A stretch of DNA of 64,000 nucleotides, taken from contig CBDBCZ010000013.1 of NCBI GenBank assembly GCA_965203295.1, forward strand, positions 608,001 to 672,000, read 5' to 3'. Position 1 is the stretch's first letter. The number at the start of each line of letters is the position of its first letter. The notes beneath the pieces were generated by a model that saw only the letters and a list, made by a program, of their open reading frames with translations, had not been told where the DNA came from and searched no databases. The DNA comes from Nitrospirales bacterium (GTDB lineage: Bacteria; Nitrospirota; Nitrospiria; Nitrospirales; UBA8639). Positions 26,980 through 45,422 of the stretch are shown one piece after another. The position numbers and the translations under genes are program-made.

Positions 26980-29385
26980 CTGCTGTCAGGAACACCCCAT
27001 CAGTACATACTAAAGATAACAACACTCAAGCACAGTTCTTAGGATCGTTACAGCCTCATTACTAAGACCAGCTAAGAACTAGTATGATGAATATTTAATT
27101 TGGATACTGGTATAGTTAATTCTATGTGGAGAGTGTGTACAATCTTTGGGTGCTCTCTCCCTCCCCGGCCCACAAATGGTGTCACCTAAGGAAGTGTGGA
27201 TCCCTTCTTCTAGTTGCAATGTACAAAGATTCAAAGATCTGAGTCATCTACTACAAGTATGTGCATTCATGAGATCTAGGATACAAAAATAGCCCGCAAA
27301 AGACACATGGTGCTACATGTAATGGGATGAAAAGTGGCACTTTAAGCACCATTGTAAATTCTCTAAAGAGCGAGTGAAAACTCTCCGACCTAAATGTATT
27401 TAAGACCTCTAGGTGTCTTTTCTTCCCGATGTGCATAGTGAGTGGTGTCTAACCAACGCAGGTGATGTCACAGTCAGCACACGGGATTCGGTGCACGACT
27501 CCCTTCCTCTGGTCAACATTACTGGATCTTTCGGAAGGACAAGGATGTTGGGCAAGGTCATGAGAGGTCGGAAACATGTCATGATCTGGATGGGGTTAAA
27601 AATCCCAAAAGTCAGCATCATGTATGTACTACAAATATTTGCAGCATGAGAATTTAAAAAAAAAGGAAAATAACCAGCGAAAGACTCATGGTGCTAATTT
27701 GATGAATTTAAAACCATTGCACATTATCCACCCCCCAAATTAAAATCCACAGCCCTAAGAATAGTAGCTATCTCAGGTACAAGATTACTGCTATCTAGGA
27801 ATCTTCTCTTCTCACCTGCAAATATCATTCACAGACCCGCGCCAATTTCAAGTTTTATAGTTTGAGAGACTACAAAAATCAATTATGTGGAGAGTACATA
27901 GAGTCTAATGGTGCTCCCCCCCCTTAAGTGGTGCCTAATTCAAGTGGCAACACACAAAGTATCGAAGCTCTGTCATTTACTACAAATACATGCATGCATG
28001 CAGATGCATGAGAATTTAGGAAATGAAAATAGCGTGCGAAAGACACATGGTGCTAATGCAATAAAATGCGGCAATTTAAGCACCATTGCGCATTTTCCAT
28101 TAAGCAAGTGAAAATTCCAAGCCATAAGACATCTCAACAATAGTAGCTATCTCTGGTATGAGATGGGAAAATTTGCTAGCAAGGAATCTTCTCTTCTTAC
28201 CTGTAAAGCTCTCCTAAAAGACCCGCAGCAATTTCAAACTGCAGTGCACCAGTCCTGTGAGGAACACCGTACACCTGCACAGGTGGAAATTATCGCTTAA
28301 GCATAGATTTTAGGAGTATTATAGCATTATTACTATGACCAGCTAAGAACTATATAAATGTATTTATAGTTAGGACGACTATGAAAAATCAATTGTTATA
28401 TTTACCGTACAAATTCTAATTTTTCGCCCTCTAATTATTTGGCACACCCCAGTTTTCCACAATTTATTTCTTCCAACAAATTTGTGGGCCCTTTTTGAAA
28501 TATTTTTCTAATATTTGCCAGCTGCTACATGCTAGCAGTATTACTTATGAGTACGTCAGCAGGAATGCCCATGAGTGTGACTAGCTGATACAGAAAGCCG
28601 CACCAAGGACAAGGAGGCGGCCCAACTTACCTGTGCACACGCTGTTTCTTATGAAGACTAGCGTGTGTACATAAGCTTATAGCCAAGATCTTTGTCTGCT
28701 GTGTGCGCGCACGTTTGTTGATATGCTATCACTGCTGAGCACTGTAGTCTGCAGAAGTAGCAAAAGTGGAAGAGAGCATGAAGAGTTCCTGGCCCGTGTA
28801 ATAGAAGTGCCTGCCGTGTTGTCTATTGAATGTTTTACAATGCTCAGACATGCTGTCAGTATTTCAGACTAATCTTCTATTTATTCGCCACCGCTCATAA
28901 AAAAGTCCTTTCAATCAATTCGTCAACCCAAAATGAGATTATTTCATTTGAACGAATAATTAGAATTTACATGGTATGCACTCTTGGGAAAGTACGTACA
29001 GTCTTAGGGTGCTCTCCCCCCTTCAGTGGTGCCTCTTAGGAGAGATCAAGTTGCAATGCACAAAGGGTTATCTAAGATCTGTGCTATCTACTACAAATAT
29101 GTGCACGCATGGAGATGGAATACCCAGCAAAAGACCATGTTGCTAATTTAAACACATGCACACTTTCCATTTGGCAAGTGAATCCACAGCGATAAGCAAT
29201 CTCCACAATAGTAGCTATCTCCCGTACAAGATTTGTTAGTGAGGAATCTTCTCCTCTCCCCTACTAATCTCACCAAAGTCCCGAGGGTACTGTTCCTATA
29301 TGAAACACCATTTGTGCACCTGGGAAGGTAGATGTTATTACTCATGCACAGATATTAGGAGTTGTACAGCCTTATTACATACTAA
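26980..29385. repeat. Old, diverged monomers of the same satellite family (right-arm orientation)
   Basis: Decayed copies of satellite motifs are recognisable (GACCAGCTAAGAACT, TACTACAAATATGTGC, AAGACACATGGTGCTAA, AATAGTAGCTATCT). One monomer is interrupted by a MITE. Confidence 0.85.
28405..28974. mobile_element. Tc1/mariner(pogo)-type MITE inserted in an old satellite monomer
   Basis: Imperfect ~22-bp TIRs CCGTACAAATTCTAATTTTTCG / CGAATAATTAGAATTTACATGG, with TA on both flanks. The satellite monomer resumes after the element. Confidence 0.75.
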
Positions 29386-30379
29386 TGGCATGCACAATGC
29401 AAGATATCTACACTCCCAAGTGTAGGTACGGGTAAAGATTTAGAAACGTACACTCCCAAGTAGCTAATTGTAATTCTACTCAACACATGTTGCCTTCACA
29501 TTTAAACTAACCTTCCTTCCGTGATACATGGACCATTTGGAGAAAAAACAATCACAGACAGTCAGTGCAGTATCATCCGCAAGTTTCGCAGTAATAATTA
29601 TCAAGTTAATTATGTTAACCCTTCTAGTGCGGTATTAGCTTAGGACTGCAGACTGCCTCCTAGAGATTTGCTGCTGCGTGGCCAAGTGAAGGAGCCAGGC
29701 CGCGGTAGTGTAGTGTTCTTGAGAGAGTGAAAGTGTCAGAAGTCACAGCAAGTGCAGAGCGCGAAAGAAGCAGCCGCGTTTTGCAAGGAGGACGCGTGGT
29801 GCTTATGTCGGGTACTTACCGCATTTCGTATACGTATAATACCTCTGTGAGCTGATGAATAATTTAACAGGTGAGCTGATGAGTAATTTAATAGGTCACG
29901 TGTCGAGCCACGCCCCCTAGGAGGTGCATGTACATGCAGTCACCGCTCGTACAATACGTTTGCGAACAGGAACACCGATAATGATAGTTCGTGTTTTTTC
30001 CCTATAAAACAAAACAATACCAACGGATACACAAATAGCGATAAGCTAATATTAAGTGCACCCAAAACAGAATGTAACAATAAATTATAAGTGCAAGCAA
30101 TAAATCATAGTAGGTCTGGTAAATACTTTAAGAGAATCCCTGCTTAGAATTTGTCCTGATCCTTGATCATCTCCTAAAACTTACCGTAGCTATGTGCATG
30201 ATTGCTTGACTCCATTTTGATGTACAGCTTGTTACATGTAACCATTTACAAAATTATATATAGCTACACATATGTACAGCTTGTTATAAGGCTTAGGGTT
30301 AGGGCTAAGGGCTGGGTTAGGATCAGGGTAGGGCCTATATAATTATAACCATTGGGTTTAGAACTAGCTGCGTTGCTGA

Positions 30380-30990
30380 GTGCATTGACCTTTAATGCAG
30401 CCAAGTGTATTAGTGTGTGTTAATCTGTCAAAAAAGGAAACGGAACCACTGTATACCGGTCAGCCTCTTTCCGTTAATGGATCGATACTGGAGGCAGTTC
30501 CAACTTTCAAGTACCTTGGTGTCCTATTAGCTATCCTCAATTTCATCAAGGAGTCACCATGGTGTAGCTATATAGTAAGGCACAGAAAAGTCTTGGTCTC
30601 CTGTACAGACGTTACCACCAACTTTAGCTACTTCAGCTATAATAGTGTCACTTAAGGTTCGAACTCATATGGAATATGCAGCACCTGTCCGGGACCCTCA
30701 TCTACTGTAAGACAAAACTGCATTTGAATATGTACAGGAGTTTGCTCTCAGGATGTTTTCAAGACATTGGGATATGGGCTATTACGAGCTTCTATGTTCA
30801 ATAGCTATTCCCCTTGGAAAATTGTTGCCTGTACGTAAAGCTTTGCCATTATTTGCTTGTTAGCAATTTCCTTCTCAATATCGTAGTCTCAAGTCACACT
30901 TTACTTGATCCTTCATTCTTCAGCAACCCCGTTTTGCTAAGACTAGCTAGCACTTTCTATTTTTCATTCATCCCTGAATAAGAAGGCGGA
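30380..30990 (+). mobile_element. Degraded 3' fragment of a CR1/L2-group LINE ORF2
   Basis: Motifs resembling LINE ORF2 C-termini: 'PTFKYLGVLL' (~30500) and 'HMEYAAPVRDPH' (~30666, cf. RPHLEYA..WDPH). Frameshifts and stops are present. Confidence 0.65.
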
Positions 30991-31361
30991 ATTACATGTA
31001 TTTACCTAAAGACGTGCTCCTGACCTTTCCATTCCAACAAAGGATAACCAGTTAGCCTCACATACTAAGGAAGTGTGCTATTTTGTTTTATCCCAAGAAT
31101 CAAGTGATCAGGGATGATTTTTAGGGAACGGAATTTTTGATCCCATTTATAAATATTTCTGCATACTCTGAGGTTGCTTCTGATGGTACAAAAAATGAGT
31201 TACTATTAAACTGTTGGATCTATAAAAAAAATTCTGAATTTGGAGGATGGAGGGCAAAAACAGAGAAATTGAAGTTCATACTGATACAATATTTTGTGCA
31301 GTATTATATGAAATGACAAGTATGTGTGAGGTAAAATGTGCGGGAGTTCAAGTCATTATGA

Positions 31362-33229
31362 TTAAAACTTCACTTGAATTGTTGTGTGATAGTGCAAAAT
31401 GGGGTGATAGCCATGGTACGTGGTGGTTCCATTCTGCTCATCTCGGATGACCCTAACCTCTAGATCTTCATCCTTGAGGACACTCCTAGAGGTGCTTTGC
31501 TGTGGTACTGAAGCAACCAGACCTGAAAACAAATTTCACATTAATTGGAATTGCATTAAAGTCTATAGCTATAAACAGACTACAATAGCTAGCTACATTA
31601 ATAATTGAAGACTAACCAGTTTTTGTAACGCTCAAATTTTGCCAAGTTTGCCTCAGGCCCAGACCTGTGGAAACAACATCGGTGATGATTATTTATGTAC
31701 AAATTAAGATTGTGGTACTTTTATTAATCACCATGCCAGAAAATGATTTGGCTAGTGGATTTAGACATATTATTGCAGCTCTCTTTGAGTGCCATGCATC
31801 TGACTGCGATCTCAACCAGTGTAAGTTTCCTGGAGTAATTGCTACCCTGTGGACATCCTCAGGCATCCCTTTTTAATATTCTCACTATCTGCATGAAAGA
31901 ATAGCTACTTTATTAATATATTATCTTCTCAAGATTTAAGGAAAGCTGTGTAGCAATTAATGAACATGATGATCGATATATTTAGTGTGTTCGCTCTAGT
32001 GATTATATGAATTCTCAGCTCACTTTCTCCCTGGTTTCTTATATTTGACTGGTTTTTCCCCGGTTTGATCGTGTTGCATCTGGGAAGTTGTCCCCTCCTA
32101 CATGTAGTGACCGCCATTTCCTTTCTTGCCGACATGGCTGTTCCCTGTCCCCCACTTTCTTGCTGTGCTGGTGTGGCACCCTCTCCTATTGTGAGTTGAA
32201 TGGAAGATTGAATTTGATTAGCTATGACATTAATTTTGTGTAATACAGATAGTGACTGATAGATCATTGTTACAGCTTAAATTAGGGCTAACTGACCAAA
32301 TATAATAGTAATCTTTGATCACCAAAATGTATAAAAGGGGGGGGGGGAGTCATGTATCCCTATAGCTACAGCCAAAATTCAGAGTATAAATAAAGTGCTT
32401 TGTTGATAGGTCATGACCTGGTCTTAGCTTTTGATCTAGAAACGTTACCTCCTGCAGTTTCGTCCTCTCCTTCACTGTCTCTCCTGGCTTTTTCTTCATC
32501 TCTGCCCTTTCCTTCATTCTTCCCAACCCCTTCCCCATCACTGCTGCCTCCAAGACTACTATGGCTTCCGAGATGGTTTGCTCGTTTTGGATGCGCTGTC
32601 TGAGACTTTGTTCCCTGAGGAGATCTCGAGCCACCAGTTCTCGCTGCTCTCGGGGGGAACTGCCCTAGAGTCATTGGTTGTGGTTGTGACACACACAGAC
32701 CTGAGTGAAATGTTAAATAGCTATATAAAGCTGCTTTCCATTGCAACATGATCTCTATCTACATGGTATTGAGGCTTATACTATAAAGGAAGACTAACCG
32801 GTTTTTGTAACACTCAAGGAATGCTGCAGTTGTCTTGCCCCATGACCTGTGAAATTCGAAACAGCAGTATAAAATAAGTACATTAGTAATCTTGTCTGTA
32901 AAGAACATAGCTATAGCTACATAATATTTAGCTAGTCTTGCAAGAAATCGAGATAGTTAGCTAGCTAGCTCTTTCGAGTAGCCCTAGCTGCAAAATGGTG
33001 TATGTATTGCTACCACTTCTGATCATGCATGATGCAACCGTGATAAGTATGGACTTGCTATATATAGCCAAACAAAGAATGAAACACAAAGCAAACTTGG
33101 CATAAGCCAGTTACACTCTTTGTGCTCGCCCGACTAGTAAAAATTTCTCTAGGAAGCTAGGCTATTATAACACTGCAATAACATTCACCCCAGTTTACCT
33201 TTCTTAATAAGAGAATTTCTGCGCTCCAT
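31362..33229 (-). pseudogene. Putative orphan 7-exon gene for a low-complexity G/E/S/K-rich protein, with one apparent frameshift
   Basis: Exons 33229-33199, 32846-32799, 32700-32449, 32185-32024, 31888-31732, 31664-31617 and 31522-31362, all bounded by GT-AG phase-1 introns. Exon 5 is 157 nt (3n+1) and gives an early TAG. No recognisable domain. Confidence 0.5.
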
Positions 33230-33904
33230 TTTCAGCACCTCATTCAACAGCACACTGTATACTTACTACTCAAATTTTGTATGCTCAATAGCTAGCTTGC
33301 CTGTTGTCCATCCATGTGAGTGCAGTTTGTTTGATAATGGCAACAGAGCAACCCTTTTATAGCACTGCCCCTTATCATACTTCTCAGATGCACAGACAGT
33401 CATTTCCTTGTTTATTTTGTCTGGGGAGTGTGCGTAGCTATGAATGTCTGCATTCCATGTTTACTTTGGCTTGAAAGAATGATTGAGTAGCTATGTAGCT
33501 AATGAGAGAATGCGGAAAGATGCCCTTCTAGCTTGGATGCTACTAGCTAATGAGTGGAATGCTCATCAGTTGCTGGCAGGTATACATTTTTAGCATCAAA
33601 AATGACAGATAGCTAGCTAGCTAGCTATAATGTTTGATGCAAACATACTCCATATACTACTTACTCCAACATGTATGGTTGTTGAAAGGTAAAGATGACC
33701 ATTTTATCATGAGCAGCTACAGCATTGTTCTAGTAGCTATAGCAGAAGCAGTTTTGTTCTAGTTTTTGTATTTCGGATATTGCTAATATATTGATGTAAT
33801 GTTTACATTAACTGCACAAGCAAGAGAGTACTTCCTTCATTCCATGCATAGCTAATACAATGAAGCAGTATGACGATATGGTGTCATGGCAAAGCCACTG
33901 TTCC

Positions 33905-34195
33905 ATCAGTTTGGGAATGGGATCATGAGTAAAATCAGAGCCAGTACCGGTATGAGGTAATGCTGAACCCCAGTCATGGAGGGCTGAAAAGGAGTGATGA
34001 GTGAAGCCAATTAAGCAAGGCTGGAATGGGGTCAGAGGTGAATCCAGGTCTGGAATAGAGTCATGAGCTAGGAAGTTAGGACTGGAACTGGGTCAAGAGT
34101 GAAGCCATGCAAGGCTGGAATGGAGTGATGACTGATGTGTGAAGCCAATGCAAGCATGGTCATGATTGAAGCCAGGGCTCTGGAATGGGGAGTGT
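33905..34195. repeat. Degenerate ~30-bp minisatellite
   Basis: Recurrent CTGGAATGGGGTCATGAGTGAAGCCA-like units. Confidence 0.5.
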
Positions 34196-34624
34196 CAATT
34201 ACAAAATTGTCTGTGCTATTCACATTTCCTCAATATACTGTCTAGACAGTTATCTCCGGAAAGACCTTATTTAATTACTCTGTGACTGGAATAATTGGTG
34301 TCTTGCATTTCACATATTTCCGTTTACGGAACTATGATTGTACTTGCGCAAAGTTTCGGGTAGGGTTAGGGTCAACATATTTTTCACGAGCCCTAATTTT
34401 TCGCCGTGCCGTTATGTGCATCGCATAATTATTATGTCACGGCATAGTCCACCGCTGGGGATAATCTCGCGTGGAGAGACTCTCGCGAGGGGCGGGGTAC
34501 CCCAGACTACGCTGGGGGTGGAGCTGCACGTGTCGTCACACTAGCGGGTGGGGCTACAGTTAGCTGCACGCCGCATCATCTAATCGGTAACATCATAGAT
34601 GGAGTTCCGATTATCTATGGTAAC

Positions 34625-40359
<5,735 letters not shown>

Positions 40360-41096
40360 GAACATCACTGTAACATTCATGTTGTTGGCTACTTAATATA
40401 CACACTGAGTTCATAACCATAAGCCTTATTATAGTGTGAGAAATGCTGACTTCGCCTCCCCATGCATGCCTGGATTTATGTACGCACTCCTGCATGATAT
40501 ATAGTTGTATAGGTTAAATTCCTGCCCAGCAGGATATAAGACCCGTTATACCCCAAGGGAAAGGTCAGTGCTTGAGTGTCGAGGGTACAGCCCAAGACAC
40601 GTCCTCAGCTTCACAAAAGCACTGACGTCTCTCCCGAGGGAGGGGGGGAGGGAGGGAGGGAGGGATGAGGGAGGAGGGAGGGAGGGAGGAAGGGAGGAGG
40701 GAGGGAGGGAGGGAGGGAGGGAGGAGAGGGAATGTCAACTTAGACTAAAAATGCTGCACTGATTAATAATAATTACTGGGGATAACAACAATAATTAGAA
40801 ATCAAGGGAATTATAATACAATTCTATTAGTGATACAAAACTAGAAATCAAGGGAAGATACAATTCTTACTAGTACTGATACAAAACTACATGTATGTTA
40901 ACACTACTGTAACAAATACATCAATGCATAATACTATGTCCATGCACTAATAATACATGCTATAGAGCACATGGCATACTTAACTATATATGCTTGCCAA
41001 CTAGCTACACACTACAGGACTGCGGATGTGCCTTCTATGGCATACATACATACAGAGTCTAGCGAAACTACAATATAATATAAGAGGGTCGTTCAG

Positions 41097-44000
41097 TTAA
41101 GGATGCTTGTATTTGAGCTCAAATTCCTCAGACTCAAGCGGTTCCTTCGCACCAGTAGATGGGTTGCGGTGCTGACAGACACATTTTATGGTCTCAATCA
41201 CGATAAAGGCAATAACCCACAGGATGAGCATCGTGATCCAGATAGCCCAGACTGGCACCGGAGGAATCACCAGGAACACACCAAGGGTGACCTGGACAAG
41301 ACCGAGACAGATGACCGACAGCCCCCAGATTCGATGGATCCACTCCCAGATCCTGCGCCACATGCTCTTAGAGCCATCTCTCTTCAGGTGGGGGCGGCTA
41401 CAAGTAAGAGAGTATGCAGTTAAAAGACAATAATATCCTATGGGCAGAAGCTTTCAGGCTTACAATATTCCAATAAAAGCTTGAAAGATGACCAGAGTTT
41501 CAAGGATGATCCCAATGATGGCGTGAGGGTGAGTGGGCTCGTCCGTCCCAAACAGGAATATAATAACAAAGGCCGGCATTGTCATCAAGACACCCAGGAC
41601 CTGCAGAATACAAAAGATCTTTATGGTCATAAGAGATCAAAGTATATACTCATACCCTAATGATCCCTATAATAAGGCTACAAGTGTACATGTACGCCAG
41701 TGATGATGAACTACTAAGCTGTTGCCTACCTGAACAGTAAAATGACTGTAGAACCAAACTTTGGACTTTGAGCATCGGCAGTAGCGAGCAATGATGAAGC
41801 CAGTGGGGAAGAGGATGCCAAACGCAACAGCCATCAACAACCCGTGGAGGTGGAGGTAGCTGAACCATTCCCCATCACAGCTCAAGGTCTCTGTTTGAGC
41901 AGGATCACCACGCAGGAGCCAAAGGTCATTCATTGCTGAATTGCTGTATAAAATAGAAAGTCAAAATTTCAGTAAAGGTGTTAATGAAGAAACCTTATTA
42001 AGTTGCCTAACTCACTCTGAGAGCCTCCGCCCACCAAATAAATAGACATCTCCGTTTGGGCCTGCAGCCATCATGTGACGTTGCCGACGGTCAGGATATG
42101 CATCAGGCACTGCAGCCTAATGAGAGAGAAGCAATCATCATTTACATTCCATTACAGTCACAAAAGAACAATATAAATGGTATGCTATATTTTGTGATCA
42201 AAGGGTTCAGCACCTACATGTATAGACACATGCAGCTGGCAGCAGGAAACTTGGACACGAGTGTCCAACAGGCTGCATGCATGTACGTATGTATTGGGGC
42301 AAGCTGGAGTGATAGACACTCTGAGGTAATGGTCAAATTGGATGCAGCTCTCCCACGATCATGCATGCAACTCACTTAATTAATAAAGGTTAATGGTGCA
42401 CTGCAATTCGTAATTGTTCAGGTAGTGATGTGCATGCATGCAATTCCTGAAATTTAACCAACTGTTGCAAATTCATTTATTTGAATGTAAGCAGAGATAA
42501 CGTTCATACTTATACTATCAACTAGCGTACGTAGAGCATGAAATTGTGCTGGGTGTAAAATTTCGCCAATTTTGCCAGTCAATTCAAGCAGTGAACTTTA
42601 TTCATTCATGAAAGCTGTTTCTGCCAGTAAAATAAGCCTCTACTATTGCTGCTATTGGTGATCAACAAAAGGCAACAGTGGCACGAAAAGAAAAGCTGGC
42701 AAATACTTTCCACAATACTTCATAACTGCAGTAATTGGTGAATTTTTTTCCATGGCAAAAATTTACCGCTATACGGTAAGTTGATAATAGATATATATTT
42801 CATCATTAAATTAATACTCACCTCGGTTCTGTATCTGGTCCAATCCTTCCCATCCACATCAACAACTGCTACCTCATACTCCGGCCAGTTCTTTACCTAT
42901 ACAGAGTAAGGTATAAATGGCAGATAAAATGACTGCCATAGAAATTTCTGAAAGTGTAAACAGGTGAAAATTATTGTAAATTGACCAGTTTTCACCAATA
43001 TTTGGTCGCTTAGCTATTTATGATGGTATTAATTTGATCGCTATAACACTCTTAATACCTAATAATAAGCTATAAGTAGTGCTGTTACAATCACATGAAT
43101 GTCAAAGGCACTATCTTATCTTTCATAAAAGCATTGCAATCAAATTATATCCACTTAAAATGCGAGTATACACTGACTTCGCTCCACCCCTAGAATACAG
43201 GCTGAGCGTACACACGGGTAGCTAAAGAGTGGTAAATAATCTCTCTGTTCTTTTTCTGTGTTATTCATTGAGCTCCAATTACAGATTCATCGGAGATATT
43301 ATTACCACACAAGTGGTTAGTAAAATTGCACACACAGCCATTCCATAACGTTATAGCTGTAACACTGACGTACTATCAGGGAGAGCTACGTACAGACAAA
43401 ATAAATGCAAATATTGATGAGTGCTGCAAGTGCTGTTTTCTGCAGAATATAAAATCAACGACTCTCAGTGTCTGGGACTAACTGTCAACACTGTATGATA
43501 TAAGTTTGGGGGTAGACGTCGAGGTGGGAGGTAACTCAAGCTAGAGTTAATTACTGGATTTAGACCTATCCACTAGCTGCCCTATAGGCTGTATAGGTGG
43601 TATACTGACGCTGCTGCTGGGGTCCCTGCACATAACAACCACACCCCATCAAGCGGATGTCACGGGTTACCGGAAGACAGGGCTTAGAGCTCTGCCCCTC
43701 TCATCATCAATAATTAATTCCTTGGAGTGTACACTCTCACCTGAACCATGCCAAAGATGCTACAGTAGGCAAGTCAAACTGCTGCAGGCACCTTCAACTG
43801 GCCTAGTGCCGCATGGCTCATAGGGTGTGGCATGTGCATGTGCATGGCTCATTGGGTGTGCAGCATGTACATGACACATTAATGACATTCACTATACATT
43901 CATGGTGCTAACTTTTAAGTGCTTAAGTGGCGACAAGTGTCAAAATTTAATAGATACTGACCAGCAGGTGTCTATCAGATATAAGTACCTCATTAAGCAG

Positions 44001-45422
44001 CCACACATCATTATTCATAACTATATTTTAAAAATGCCCTTTTAGGCGGTATATGCATCATTCATGGTTCTTCTTTCTATACAAACATACAAACAAATAT
44101 ATGCTAAACTTACGCGGATGATTTGCTCGGTGTGGAAGGAAGTTCCACCATAGAGCACGGCTTTCCCAGGGTCATTGCTCAAGGGAGCCATCCGGCCCCA
44201 AGTTCTAGGGGAGATACAGCGAGGTAGCTCTGTCCACTTGTTGAGGTTAAAGTACCAATTATCATTGGTGGGGCACGGACCTCCAGCTGTTCCTCCTCTG
44301 CAGTATAGGGTATAGAAAGTGTATAATGTATCATTCAATTTTTGCATCATAAAAATTAACAAGCCGTTAGAGACAGTACATTAGCATGTAAATTGTATAT
44401 AGGGAATGCACGTGCATGTGCACTCGTGAAGTAGTGAAAAGCTTGAAAATGAAGCACTGCAGCCAGCTCTAAACCTAGCCTCCTAGCCCCTAACCAAACC
44501 CTAACCCAACCCCAACCCTAACCCAACCCCAACCCCAACCCTAACCCAACCCCAACCCCAACCCTAACCCTAAAAATAGGCGGATGCTAACGTACTGTCT
44601 CTAACGGAAATTAAAATTTATTCATGACATTGTATGCACTGTCATACAATATTTTAAATACAGACACACATGCAGTAACTCCTTGATGCATACTCCAACA
44701 ATAATAGCTACATAGTCTGAAGCTGCATACCTCGTACATCCCCCGAAAATTACCAGCTGTTCTGGGCGGACAACTGCAGATCCTTGCAGACACCTCCCAT
44801 GAGGAGCCAGAGGATTAAACTGGTTTCCATTGCTGGGCTGCCCGAACACCCTCACCCAGGTAGCAGTGGTTGGACTACGGAATATCAGCTTGTAGGTGTC
44901 AATATACCGCGTAGCGTGGGTGGTTGTCAGAGTGAACCCTGCACCCATCCAAAACTCGTTTGTTGCAGGCCCGTAAACTGCGCCGAAGTGCCCTCCATAA
45001 CGTATCGGCGGAACGGGGCCATCTGTTGTCACTTCACTCCACTGCCTGGTAACGAAGCTGAACGCCCACGTATCACCGTATTCCTGCGAACCTATACCAT
45101 GCGACATTACAAGAAGTGATTCGCCACTAACGTTCACGACTCCGTAGAAGGAATATAGTCGACCCACTGGCGCCGAAGCGGGGGTCGCTTGTTCCCACAT
45201 GTTGGTTCCGACGTCGTACAGCCACGTGTCGTTCGGAACCCCGCTGCCTCCAAATAGGACTAGCTGGTTGGAAACGCTGTCGTAGCCGAAGGCTCCTCCA
45301 ATTCGTGCTCCGGGCGACTCTGCTGACAGAGGCGTGATCCGCGTCCAAGTGAGTCCCTGCGCTCTACACGCGGGCGCAAAGGCACAAAAACTAACAAACA
45401 CGAACAAAAACAGAGACTTCAT
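41097..45422 (-). CDS. Membrane protein: signal peptide + six Kelch repeats + cytochrome b561 (FRRS1-like) domain, paralog A, 7 exons, ~567 aa
   Basis: Exons 45422-44731, 44297-44114, 42896-42822, 42116-42016, 41943-41730, 41600-41464 and 41397-41097 splice in frame (1704 nt). Hydrophobic N-terminus MKSLFLFVFVSFCAFAPACRA. Kelch-type P..R....LFGG...ND.W blades. C-terminal TM helices carry four His at b561 heme-ligand positions (HGLLM, WFYSH, HPHAIIG, WIHRIWG). Confidence 0.9.
42530..42776. mobile_element. Degenerate TA-flanked MITE in an intron of paralog A
   Basis: Right end AATTTACCGCTATACGG-TA, with a degenerate left end TA-CGTAGAGCATGAAATT. Confidence 0.5.
44364..44607. mobile_element. 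MITE with 24-bp TIRs enclosing telomere-like (CCCTAA/CCCCAA)n repeats, in intron 1 of paralog A
   Basis: TIRs CCGTTAGAGACAGTACATTAGCAT ... ATGCTAACGTACTGTCTCTAACGG (1 mismatch). The CCCTAA-type tract spans ~44488-44573. Confidence 0.85.

Noticed and set aside
44488..44573. True telomere or chromosome-fusion scar
   Set aside because: The tract is short, degenerate and enclosed by MITE TIRs within an intron.
44622..45422. Stand-alone secreted 266-aa (and 251-aa, 52793-53548) Kelch proteins as given by the ORF track
   Set aside because: Both ORFs run through a conserved GT donor after FGGC(T/M)R. Downstream exons continue the propeller and b561 domain in frame in both paralogs.
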